From the NCBI RefSeq assembly GCF_006345805.1, contig NC_043001.1, positions 68,510,001 to 68,574,000 on the forward strand: a stretch of DNA of 64,000 nucleotides. Reading direction: 5' to 3'. Every line of letters starts with the position of its first letter. Position 1 is the stretch's first letter. Under the pieces are notes generated by a model, which was given only the letters and a program-made list of their open reading frames with translations, searched no databases and was not told where the DNA came from. This stretch comes from Octopus sinensis (taxonomy: Eukaryota). Positions 13,356-25,181 of this stretch are shown here, piece by piece. A program made the translations under genes and the position numbers.

Positions 13356-13395
<40 letters not shown>

Positions 13396-13738
13396 ATATA
13401 TATATAACGGGAAGCTTTATGAAAATAAACAAAAGACGAAGGCAGGTGGAAAACAAACGAACAATTATATATATACAGTTAATTAATAAAACATATATCA
13501 GAAAGGAAGCGCCACCGAAATGTCGTGTGGTTTGCTCCACCCTTCTCGCTCAACGTCAAAACATGTGTGGGAAGTATTTTCCTTAGATTAATAGACACAC
13601 ATTTCACACACACACACAATGACACAGACATTTATATATAAGATTCGCAAATCGATTATGGTTGTTCATCAAATTTTTCGGTTTGGGAGATATGGTATAA
13701 TTATAAGCCTTGTTTATAATTATACCATATATACCATA

Positions 13739-13796
<58 letters not shown>

Positions 13797-13957
13797 GGCT
13801 TTAGTATGTGGGTGTAGTTCGTAGGTGATCTAATCGATTAGGGACGCTAGGTAAGTGCTGTAACAGATGTCTAGGGCTCCATGGTTATATCCGAGACGGT
13901 AGTTAAGGAGCCATTGCAGATTTCCGATGCAGCGGATATATAATTTTTAAACAGGAT

Positions 13958-15119
13958 GCAAACATTAAGGCATGGGGAACATCTCAAACTGTATACAATA
14001 TTATTATAGGAAAAAATTCAAAATCTTACGGCTGTCTCTGGGGTATCCATGAGTATGGGATATTCCGTCATCAGAGACAATTAGGGAAAATGAGAATAGT
14101 ATATATTAATGAGATGACGAAGTAGAATTAGGGAGTAAAAGAACAAAGAGATGGAAAGAAAGAAGAAAAGAGAGAAGCATAAAATTTCATAGTTCATCTT
14201 CAACTTTAACGAAGTTATAGAAACCAGAGCAATCCTGTGCAGATCCATGAGCAGATCCATGCAATCCTGCGTATATCATGTTGATTAAACTCTTTTTATA
14301 CTAGATATCCCCGCCAAAAAAGACGTGAACATATCAACGTTCAATAACAGAATGGTATTAAGTGGTAAAAGTAAAGAAAAGAAAAGAAAGAGAAAGAGAA
14401 GTAGATAGAGCGTCGTGGGGGGAAGCTGCATAGGTGTATGTTGTCTAAGAATTGTGTACGGGGTAGCCGAGAAAATAAGAGAAAGGATGAGGAGGTGAAG
14501 GAAGATAGAATATAAAAAATAGAGCAATGTGAAACGAATTTAGAGAGAGGAGTAGATGCTTCGTAGTCTTAAAGTCTAAAGTTGTTGGGGAGGAAATTTA
14601 GTAGTAATTGCTTGTGTCCATTCTGGTTAAGGTTAGTGACTGTAGAGTTATTTTTAGCAGTATAAATCCCCTAACTACAACTCCCACTCATAAATAATTT
14701 AACATTCAATTATCTCTTGCATTCTCGACTACCGACATACCCATCACCCCATTGCAAAAAAAGGACTTACACTCATGGACCTAAGGACTTTCGCTCATGC
14801 ACCTAACGCTCATTGATCTGCCAGGATTGCACCTAAATACTCATGCTCTCGTTTCTATAACTTCGGAAAGTTGAACTATGAACTTTTGTGCTTATCTTTT
14901 TCTTCTTTCTTTCCATCTCCTTACTCTTTTACATCCCTCCTCTATTTCGTTATCTCATTAATATACACCATTCTCATTTCCCCTATGTTTTCCCTACTTG
15001 TCTCTGATGACGGAATATCCCATTCTCGGAGATATCACAGAAACAGCTGTAAGATTTTGAATTGTTTCCTATAATGATATTGTATACGATTGAGATGTTT
15101 ACCTTGCCCTAATATTTGC
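13958..15119. mobile_element. Diverged inverted pair of ~300-bp arms (~13958-14262 and ~14808-15119), each carrying a hammerhead-like motif; Penelope pLTR-like
   Basis: For example gggatattccgtcatcagagacaa (left arm) vs ttgtctctgatgacggaatatccc (right arm); the arms align along their length with many substitutions. Confidence 0.7.
15000..15055 (+). ncRNA. Minimal type I hammerhead ribozyme motif
   Basis: gtct-CTGATGA-[stem II region]-GAAAC-agct-GTA-agat. Core nucleotides are intact, helix III is the palindrome acagctgt, and stem I is 4 bp (gtct/agat with a G-U pair). The base of stem II is imperfect. Confidence 0.6.
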
Positions 15120-15189
15120 CGGCCTTAAATCCTTAAAATCCTTTAAAATGTTTTAGCCCGAAGGCCGCGGCCATGCTGGGGCACAACAA

Positions 15190-15752
15190 TTATATATATA
15201 TATATACATGGTGATGCCTCCTCGTTATCGAGTATGGCCATTGCGCGAAGCTTAATCAATGTTGTTATCGTGCAATGCCTGTGCAAGATTTTTTTTAAAG
15301 TGAGGAAAGGCTGTGCACTGAGTCAATCCCATTCACTAAGCAACAGCAGCCATAATCCGAAAAGAAGAACAAGTCAACATCATTGGTAACCACTGAGCCG
15401 CAGTTTTATGTCGGAGTTATCCCAGTTACCTGAGTTACCTTCTCCTAGAAAGATGCCCTAACAAAGGCTAGGAGTCCTTCACTCCCAATGGTTTAACCGC
15501 GCGATCGGGTATTCAGTTCGATTATTTGTATGTCCCCGTGCATGATACAGCCTTAAGACATTTATTGGATGGCCGTTGACTCTCAAAAGTTCCTCCGTTC
15601 TTTGACGAGATTTGTTTTTCATCCCGCAGAGTGTCCACTAAACACCCTCCTCACCAAGCAAGCTTGGTGGAGTTGCCGGTTTAGTCGCCGACGACCCAAC
15701 CATGCAACAGGTTGTACTGGGTTACATGTTACGAGTAGCACTCAAAAGTGAC
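15190..15752 (-). mobile_element. Non-coding retroposon with an RTE-like 3' tail
   Basis: GC-richer ~560-bp block between microsatellites. The minus-strand 3' end ggccatactcgataacgaggaggcatcacc + (TA)n resembles the RTE 3' end at 19269-19294. No coherent ORF. Confidence 0.5.
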
Positions 15753-15910
15753 CTGACATACACACACGCACACACACACATATATATATACATACATATA
15801 TATATATATAAATGTGGTTTTGGTCGTTTTAACTGCTTTTTCTAGCGTGTATACTTACCTGTTAAATGTAGTTTCTCTTGTGTTTAAATGTACACTATTT
15901 TATATTGAGA

Positions 15911-15963
<53 letters not shown>

Positions 15964-17299
15964 CAACATGAAGAGTCAGCAGGTGAAGTGAATGAATTGT
16001 AAACATTGGTAGATGACAGTGTCGTGAATGTATTGTTGATTGTCTATTTGGTTAGATTTATTTTTCTGTCTTCTCGTGGAACAGTTATAAGTCCTCTTCG
16101 ACAGGAGAGTCTCTAATATACATATATGCCCTTGTATCATTCACTATATGTTTATGTCTATTATGAAGGTCCAAGTACATTATTCTCATATCTACCTAAT
16201 GATTAATTATTCATTACCATTATGTTCACTCAATAAATACATACAAATCATCTCATGTACGTAGAAGGTGTCATAAATTCTGTTTAGATGCAGCTGGCTT
16301 CAATCACCATATTTTGCACAATTCCTGGTGACAGAATCTCGACTAAGACTTATTGTACAAACAGACGACGAATGTGCGTGGAAATTTCACATTTTGTATT
16401 TTACTTTCTATTTTTCTGTATAAATTTGTACATTTTAAAAATATTGTTGTATTGTGATAAACAAATGTTATGATAATCATCTGAATTGTGGTTATGGAAA
16501 AATTAGCATTTAGATAACTTATAGTCTTAGTAATACATATATAAATAATATGTGTGTGTGTATGTGTCTGTGTATGTGTCTCTCGTTCTTGGATTTGGTT
16601 TGCAAGATTTTTTATGTGAGTTCGTGTGTTGAAGCATGTTCTGTTTTGTCTAGGGAGAGTCATTCTCTTTTAGTGCCTCATAATTTAGCACACTCACCGG
16701 TAAAAATTTCCACTCAATTTTTTTATTTTTCTAAAATTTTCGTTGCGTCTTGCACATTTTTCAATAGTTGTTGACTCCGTCCGTTATTCACACACTCTTC
16801 TTTTTGTTTGTGCGCATTTCTGCGGCTCAGTGTGTGTGTGTGCATACACATGTATATATGTATGTATGTATGTGTGTATGTATGTATGTGTGTGTGTATG
16901 TATGTATGCATGCATGTGTGTATGCATGTGTGTGTGTGTGTGCATATGTATATATGTATGTATGTATGTATGTGTATTCATCTGTATGTATGTATTCTGC
17001 ACATTCATATGGTTGTGTGTTTTTATGTATGTGTGTGTGTGTTTGCTTGTGTGTATTTGTGTTTGCATGTGTGTGCGTACGTACCGCTGTCTCCTTGTGT
17101 GGACATATCTGTGTGTGTGTATGTCTGTGTGTGTGTATGAGTTTTTTTGCAACTATGTACTGTGTTTGTATATTTCATATTTTTTCGTTTGATACGGTTT
17201 GCATAGTTGGGATACGTTGTTCATTATCCTAACTAAATCTGCTATCAGTATATTAATTTTAAAATGCTGTGTGACAAAGCTGAGTTCTTGTGAACAACA

Positions 17300-18223
17300 T
17301 ATTTCGAAGCTATGGATTTCATGTAATAGGAGTGGAGGAGCTGCACTCTATTATTCACAGTCTCTAACCAAATTAGAGTTCCGTGGGGTCAACAGGAGGG
17401 AACTGGGCCTCCTCCTTAGACTAAGCTACGACAGTGACTATTTAGACGACCATGACCTCAGTAGATTCTGTCCTACCAGGTCACAGAGAGGAAGACCACC
17501 CACCATCACTTCAGCCGTGAAGAAAAGCACCACAGAGCGCTGGAGTAGCTGGACCGTCCCCTCCAGACCCTGAGAACAAAAGAAATGATTGTACATGCAA
17601 TAGGAGCCAGCGTAATAACCATCTTGAAGAACCACATGGTAAAGTTTAACAAAAAACTATACATACTTGTATGGTTGCTAAAATCCTTGAAGACAAGAAA
17701 CCAAGAAGTTATGTTGACCCTGTGGAGAGCCTTTGCTCTCAGCCGCCTGAACTACTGCTCCCAGCTATGGTCACCACATAGCGCCAAACTAACAGTGGAG
17801 CTTGAAGCAGACCAACGCCACTTCACTAGTAAGACTGAAACAGTGCAGCAAATGACATACAGGGAGAGACTGAAAAACATGCAACTTTAGTCCCTAGAGT
17901 GAAGGCACGACATATATAATAATCTATTTATGGAAAAGTCTAGAAGGGCTAGTACCTAATTTCGTCATTGAATGTTACACAAATGCTAGGACTGGACGAC
18001 TTAGTATTGTACCATCGACATTCAGGGACAGGTATTGCAATAGCCTAGTGTTCGAAGGCCCACAGCTCTTTCAGCGCCCTGCCTCAAAAATTAAGAAATC
18101 TTCATAAGGTGGAAGTAGATGTCTTAAGAAAAGGACTAGACATCCTCCTCTCCACAATACTGTATGAACCAACAGCTTGACATAAGGTACAGACGTGGGC
18201 AGCGAAATAAAAACCCCTTATAT
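17300..18223 (+). pseudogene. Decayed, internally deleted CR1/L2-group LINE (APE bit plus post-RT C-terminal region)
   Basis: RSGGAALYY (APE GGG.A.Y motif) near 17330; LKSLKTRNQEVMLTLWRAFALSRLNYCSQLWSPH...TYRERLKNMQL, then EGPQLFSALP..LRNL, typical of LINE C-termini, with stops and frameshifts. Confidence 0.8.
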
Positions 18224-18324
18224 TAAATGGGCCAACAGCTGGGACAAGGCTATACACAGGACTGGTGATGTGAAACACTCCAGACTGAGGAAATCAGCAA
18301 AACTACGGCGATGATCCAGGTGCA

Positions 18325-18450
18325 GGTATGGCTGTGTGGTAAGAAACTTACTTCGTCAGCACATGGTTCTGGGTTCAGTTCCACACCATGACATGTCTTC
18401 TATAGCCTCGGGCCAACTAAAGCCTTGTGAGTGGATTTGGTAGATTGACA
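18325..18450 (+). mobile_element. tRNA-derived SINE (second family), partial
   Basis: ggtatggctgtgtggtaag (A-box-like) ... gggttcagttcca (B-box-like) ... gtcttctatagcc...gtgagtggatttggtaga. Other fragments lie near 6320, 12300, 52710 and 53950. Confidence 0.7.
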
Positions 18451-18528
18451 AAATTATTTTTCGAACCTGTTACCTCAATCCTTTACATATTAATTAGTAA
18501 TAATGATAATAATAATAATATATATACG

Positions 18529-18579
<51 letters not shown>

Positions 18580-18620
18580 CAATAATAAATCTCTGAGCGA
18601 GATATAAACAGCAACTGCTC

Positions 18621-18789
18621 TATAACATAAGGGGGATCAGCCATCTGAATGTGGCTAGGGACAGGGCGGGGTGGTGGGGGTATTACTGGTGACGTTGATG
18701 ATCGCCTGGGGCTAAATGCATCAGTAACACCCCCACCACCCCGCCCTGTCCCTAGCCACATTCAGATGGCTGATCGCCCTTATGTTATA
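18621..18789. mobile_element. Foldback MITE, 71-bp arms plus 27-bp spacer, TA-flanked
   Basis: 18621-18691 vs the reverse complement of 18719-18789: 68/71 identical. Termini are TA-ACAT...ATGT-TA. Confidence 0.85.
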
Positions 18790-18800
18790 TATATATATAT

Positions 18801-19307
18801 AGTTCTGAAGCAGGCAGATCTCCCTAGCACCATCACAATCATGCGCAAGGCCCAGCTGAGATGGGCGGGCCATGTCTCCCGCATGTCCGACACTCGCATC
18901 CCAAAACAGCTCTTCTACGGTGAACTCGGCCAGGGCAGGCGCAAAGTCGGAGGGCAGAAAAAGCGCTACAAGGATAGTCTCAAGGTCTCTCTCAAATACT
19001 TCTCCATCGGAACAGAGACCTGGGAGACACTTGCTGCCAACCGCTCATCCTGGCGCAGCGCAATCACCGTGGGAGCAGGGACAGCCGAGGAGGGACGGAT
19101 TCGGTCAGCGGAGCAGAAACGTCAGATGCGTAAAGTCAGAGCCGCCTGCACCAGTAGCACTGCCCCTACCCACTTCTGCCCCACCTGTGGGAGGGGCTTC
19201 CTTGCCCGGATTGGCCTCACCAGCCACCTCCGGTCTCATGGCGGCAGTTCCATCAGATGATGTCAGTTGGTCATCTTCGAACCGAAGGACGAACATTATC
19301 ATTATTA
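18801..19307 (+). mobile_element. 5'-truncated RTE-clade LINE, 3' end with C2H2 zinc finger
   Basis: Open frame QLRWAGHVSRMSDTRIPKQLFYGEL..G.QKKRYKDSLK...WETLAANRSSWR...CPTCGRGFLARIGLTSHLRSH to the stop at 19260; short 3' UTR ggtcatcttcgaaccgaaggacgaac then an atta tail; embedded in (TA)n. Confidence 0.92.
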
Positions 19308-19328
19308 TATATATATATATAATATATA

Positions 19329-19385
<57 letters not shown>

Positions 19386-19390
19386 ATATA

Positions 19391-19784
19391 TAAATAAATG
19401 AAAGAATGGAGTCGAACGACGATTTAACAAAATTCCTTTATTCTCGACATATGTTCGAAGACTGCATATTCTTAATTCCGAAGGAATAAAGGGTGCATTA
19501 TGCTATAGTAGAAGACATGTCATGGTGTGGAACTGAACCCAGAACCATGTGCTGACGAAGTAAGTTTCTTACCACACAGCCATACCTGCACCTGGATCAC
19601 CGCCGTAGTTTTGCTGATTTCCTCAGTCTGAAGTGTTTCACATCACCAGTCCTGTGTGTAGCCTTGTCCCAGCTGTTGGCCCATTTATTCCTTCGGAATT
19701 GAGAATATGCAGTCTTCGAAACATATGTCGAGAATAAAGGAATTTTGTCAAATCGTCGTTCGACTCCATTCTTTCATTTATTTA
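19391..19784. repeat. 100-bp inverted repeats (19391-19490 and 19684-19784) enclosing an inverted copy of 18224-18402
   Basis: The arms differ by 2 substitutions and 1 indel. The enclosed 19509-19687 is the reverse complement of 18224-18402 with 3 mismatches. Confidence 0.92.
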
Positions 19785-19937
19785 TAGTAAAAAACACACA
19801 AATTTCCACACGAAAGCACGTGATTTCTGCCCTTGGCATATAGCTTCAACCGTGTTTTCTGACGTGAATTTGCTATCCGGGTATCGGTTAACCGAATTAT
19901 CCATACTAGGATAATTCATTCAACTACTTAAAAATTC

Positions 19938-19970
<33 letters not shown>

Positions 19971-19982
19971 TATATATACACA

Positions 19983-20045
<63 letters not shown>

Positions 20046-20141
20046 GACTCATAATAACTTTTAACTTCCTAAACAATACATTGCTGCTCTAATACTTTAG
20101 AGTCTGTTTCTTTTTCGGGCATATGAATTACCGACTATATA

Positions 20142-22385
20142 CCGTATATTTCCGTGTATAAGATGACCTTTGGATAAGACGAGATTAAAGTTTGTAAAAA
20201 AATTCATGAATTTATTTCATATCTGTTGCATAACACAACTGTTACATTGCAAAACCATCTGTGTACAAGATTACTTTTGCAACAAGGGGTATCCTTAGAA
20301 ATATTGGTCATGTAAAAGGATGTTATAGCAAATGTTTTTTTTTTTGCTTACTATATCATTAGAAATTAAAATAAACGAAATAACAAATCCGTTTCTATAT
20401 CATATTTTTTCCTTTCACACACACGCCGCCTAAAAAGAACCTGATGCTTCTTCTTTATCAAAACGTTATCGCTATCATGACATCCGCTAACAACAATACT
20501 TTAATAGTGGTTCATATGACTGAAATGTTCTAAACAGTTACAGTCAGCTTGGTGTATTAATAACCATTTACCCATACTTCATATAGATCCGCAAACAGTC
20601 TAGTCAAGTGAAATTTATAATTATTTTATACCCATACCAATATGCACCCACCGGTAAAAATAAGAAAATTGAAAGTTATAGCAGTAGCCAAGAGTTCGAA
20701 CAATTGTGTTGCTGCTAGAACATTCGATGTTATCGAGAAGATGGTACGAGAGTGGAGAAAAAAATGAGCAAAAATTAAGACAAGTACACAAACAAAAATG
20801 TGCAATGAGAAGGGGAAGCGCTCGTTGGCCGAATTTGGAAAATGATAATGGGTACTCCAGCAGAGACATCGTAACATGAAATAGAACAAGATCGTATACC
20901 CTAAAATGGGCTAAATTATATAAAGAAGGCAGTAAAGATTTTAAAGCAACAGTAGGCTGGTGCAATCCTTTTATGAACAGAAAAAATCTGATAATAAGGG
21001 AGAAAATAAAAATCGCTCCAAAACTCCCAAGAGGTCTCGATCACAAAGTAACCAGTTTTCACCAGTTCATCATCGAACTGAGAAAATGGTGTCAGTTTCC
21101 ATTGTTTCATATTGGAAATATAGATGAAACTCCATTAAACTTTGATATCCTGGGTAACAAATCGGTAAATTTGAAAGGACTAAAAACAGTGCATGTTAAA
21201 AGCACAGGATATGAGAAAACGAGGTTTATGGTGGTATTATCCTGCATGGCTGACGGTACAAAATTAAAACTCATGGTTATTTTTAAACGTAAAACAAAAC
21301 CCAAAATAGATTTTCCTCCTGGCGTTTTTTTCAGGTGGCATACGAAACGAACGCAGGTTATCGGTTTGGGATATGTTTTGTAGCCACGTAACGGCAAATA
21401 CTAAAACCCGATTATCCAAAACCAATACTGATATTGCAGTCATTCCTGGTGGTTTGACTTATACTGCAGCCACTTGATGTCAGTTCAAGGAAACCAGTTA
21501 AAGATAATGTGAGAGAGCAATGGAATGACTGGATGATAAATGGAGTGCCTCAGTTGATGTTCTCTGTGATTTTGTTATAAAGGCATGGGACAAAGTAGAA
21601 AATGTGGTAAAACCATTTAAAAATGCGGTATCTCTAATGCCATGGATGGTATCGAAGATGATATTCTGTACAATAGCGACGACGAAGTTGAAATATATTC
21701 ACCAGGACCAGACTGGAATCCTTACGATGATGCCATATGTGATGAATTTTGTGATATGTATAAGAAACTTTTAGATGTCATGATTGTGAGGAATTTGATG
21801 GGTTTTAAATAAATACATGTGGCAGGTTTGATGTTTTATTAATATCATTTATCTTGATAGGAAATTAAAAAATTATGATGTCTTATGTTTTAATTGAAAC
21901 TACTGTAAAATAATTTTACTGGAAAATTGTTATTTACCACAAATGATAATAGATATTTTATGAAAAATATATGTTATTCTAAATGTTATTATTACAGTTA
22001 TACATCACGACTAAAATTTTTGGAAAGTTAGCGAAAGACAAAGGTTACTGTGAGCGCAACCGTAACTCGATGTTTACATTCTCTTTGACGAGCTCGCATA
22101 GATAAAAGATGATTTCAATGATATAGAATTATCACTCAAATAGGCTATTTATTTTGAAGATATGCCAATAATATATGAAGTAAAATGTTTTTATTACCTA
22201 TATCATAATTTTTCTTATTTTGTTAATCTGTTCACGTATGTCTGTGGGTATCGCACAGAGGTCGAAGTTAGCTTATTTATAAAATCACTTAAAATTCAAA
22301 GTTCTTAGAATGATGGTATAAGACGAACCCTAATCTTTAGTGTAAATTTTTAGATTTAAAGGTCGTCTTATACGCGAATGTATAC

Positions 22386-22387
<2 letters not shown>
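20142..22387 (+). mobile_element. Complete pogo/Tigger-family DNA transposon, 2246 bp
   Basis: 27-bp imperfect TIRs ccgtatatttccgtgtataagatgacc / ggtcgtcttatacgcgaatgtatacgg, TA on both sides, subterminal ataagacga repeats, internal transposase. Confidence 0.92.
20640..21810 (+). pseudogene. pogo-type transposase (HTH plus DDE_1-like), frameshifted
   Basis: KLKVIAVAK..NCVAARTFDV.EKMVREWRK; FKATVGWC..FMNRKNL; IGNIDETPLNFD...KSTGYEKTRFMVVLSCMADGTKLKLMVIFKRK. Broken by stops and frameshifts. Confidence 0.9.
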
Positions 22388-22425
<38 letters not shown>

Positions 22426-23306
22426 ATGTTCTCTCTCCTTCTATCTTATCCCCTTTCCCTCTATCTACCTTTCACACGTAACCCGTGACCAATTTTCCCA
22501 ATTTTCGCTCTTCTCTTGCTATTCCACTTTCTATATCCACTCAACATTTCTTTCAGGCATTACCCATTACTTTCGTCCTTTTGACTGAAAGGCCATATTT
22601 TTCTCGTCCACCTATTTATTCCATCTTTGTCAATCGACTTAAATTACATTCGTTTAATTTCTACGTCCTCTTTGTATTTTTTTTGTTCACTGGATGTCCT
22701 AATCCTCCGCAAATTTTGAAGGTGCCGCCGATATGCGAGGTTCTCAGTATTAGCATTAAAGGCATGAAACTGAGTATTAATATTCGGTTGATCACTGATG
22801 AACAATGAGGGCTTTCTGTGTCTGTCCTACGGGTAAGGTTTTTAGCTTTCGTTTAATGTATTTTTTATATATCACTCTTCCCATTTTAATGACGGTCGTA
22901 CTTAACAATTGTTTAAACAGCCCAATCCCCAAATATGCTCACTTGTGAAATACACGTTTTGATTCACTCTCTGTGTCTACATCTGATAAACCCAAATATA
23001 ACTTTACACACCATTGTAATGCACACTACAACTTTGCATTATCAGATGGTGCCGGGCAGCTGTATACAGCACAGAGAGGTATACAGCACGAGTCACTACA
23101 TGGACGGACAAATACTTATTTGTCATAGACTTAGTGATGTTAGATTGCATTGTCAACTCTAACCTTAACCAAAATGAAACTCTATAAAACTGTGGAATGC
23201 CCAATTCATTTTTGCACTACTGCTGTAATGTAAACTGACAACATAACTAGACCCTCTAAATATTCACTACTTTCTGACCCATGCACCGTCCGCTATTATT
23301 GCTAGT

Positions 23307-23505
23307 ATATATATACCAGAGTAAGCACATAAATGCGAAAAGAGGTGGAAAAATAGTACTCGAATAGCGGAGGTAGAGTAATATGCTTTATTAATAAAGC
23401 TGCAAGGACATCGCATTTTAAAGCCAAACTGTCCGACGAACAGGAACGTAAAACTCTGAGTAACAGCTTTTGTGATGTCTTTGCAGCTTTATTAATAAAG
23501 TATAT
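23307..23505. mobile_element. Penelope-type terminal-repeat remnant: 35-bp inverted arms around a 55-bp hammerhead-like spacer
   Basis: 23381-23415 vs the reverse complement of 23471-23505: 32/35. The spacer contains actgt-ccgacga-acaggaacgt-aaaactctgagta-acagc; aataaa follows. Confidence 0.7.
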
Positions 23506-23581
23506 ACATATACATCCATACATCCATACATCCATTTATCCATATATATATACACACACACACACACACCACACACATATA

Positions 23582-23616
<35 letters not shown>

Positions 23617-23617
23617 T

Positions 23618-23683
<66 letters not shown>

Positions 23684-23685
<2 letters not shown>

Positions 23686-24177
23686 TGACGCAATGGCCCA
23701 CTGGTTAGGGCAGCGGACCGCGGTCGTAGGATCGCGGTTTCGATTCCTAGACACCTAAACACCTAAAGCTTCTTGAGGCTCCGGCAGGGGTGGTGAACCC
23801 TGCTGTATTCTTTCAACACAACTTTCTCTCGCCCTTTCTTCCTGTTTCTTTTGTGCCTGTATTTCAAAGGGAACGTAAATACCTTGTCACAGTCTGTGTC
23901 ACGCTGAATCTCCCCGAGAACTACATTGACGATACACGTGTCTGTGGAATGCTCGGCCACTTGCACGTTAATAAATAAGCTGCGACGTCACTGGTGCCAA
24001 ACTGTACCGGCCCTTGCCTTTCCCTTGGATAACATCGGTGGCATGGAGATGGGAGGCCGGCATGCATGGGCGACTGCTGGTCTTCCATAAGAACCTTGCT
24101 CAGACTTGTGCCTGAGAGGGTAACTTTCTAGGTGCAATCCCACGGTCACTCATGACCGAAGGGGGTCACAACAACAA
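23684..24177 (+). mobile_element. tRNA-derived SINE with an RTE-like tail, ~490 bp
   Basis: Head ggtgacgcaatggcccactggttag (A box) ... ggtttcgattcc (B box); 3' end ggtcactcatgaccgaagggggtc + (ACA)n; inserted in (TA)n. Confidence 0.85.
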
Positions 24178-24178
24178 T

Positions 24179-24412
<234 letters not shown>

Positions 24413-24867
24413 TAGATATATTAAAAAAAGCTGCGGATCTATTTTCTGCAGTACTGTCTCGTGACGCGCATGGTAAAAAATTGGGGGGAATATGAATTTC
24501 ACTCGTCTATATAAATTCGGATATGCTAACTACCTTGTGTAATGTTCTGATGGCGCTTGGTCAGAAATGCAAAGGGTATTTTCTAATTTATAATTATCGG
24601 AATATTATGTTGCTAAGGAAATGTGTTTTATAATTCTAATCCAGAAACGCGTCCATAATTAACCGAAGACTGTTTGTATTCATTATTTTCCTTCTTTTTT
24701 GCCTGTGTGAGTTACAGAGAATGTTATCTATGGAGTCATATTTTGTAGCGAAAAGAAATAACAGTCTTTTGGCTGCTATTTCTAAATATTTCGGTATGTG
24801 GTTAAGCAACTTGTTACTAAACCATTAATTATTGTTATAAATAAATAGATATATATATATATATATT

Positions 24868-25055
24868 CCTCAGGTTGACCCTCCAGTTTGTGGCCAGTGC
24901 TTGGTTCTGCGCTGCCATTATAGTGCTCTCTGTCTCTTTTTTAAGCGTTCCTTTCTTTAGCCAATTCCGCCAATTTATTGTGTGGTTCTTTCTTGCGTAA
25001 ATCTTCTTCATGACCTTTTTGTACTTCTTCCTTTGTTTTTCCTTTTTTATCTATC
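24868..25055 (-). pseudogene. R4/Dong-like LINE internal fragment
   Basis: Minus strand reads WRNWLKKGTLKKETESTIMAAQNQALATNWRV, homologous to 40170-40275. Its 5' side abuts the (CAA)(TAA)(CTA) compound array at 25059-25205. Confidence 0.8.
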
Positions 25056-25137
25056 CTAGATTGTTGTTGTTGTTGTTGTTGCTGTTGTTGTTGTTGTTGT
25101 TGTTGTTGTTGTGTTGTTGTTGTTATTATTATTATTA

Positions 25138-25181
<44 letters not shown>

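Noticed and set aside
20142-22387. Checked DNA transposons for cargo such as Fanzor/TnpB-like RuvC genes or viral/Polinton genes
   Set aside because: Only transposase remnants are present; I recognised no such motifs in any ORF of the window.
22880-23306. Possible Helitron ending at gctagt (~23301)
   Set aside because: No subterminal hairpin and no identifiable TC start.
23684-23752. tRNA-like A/B boxes (also at 18325 and 36423)
   Set aside because: No complete cloverleaf, and each continues into a SINE body, so these are SINE heads and not tRNA genes.
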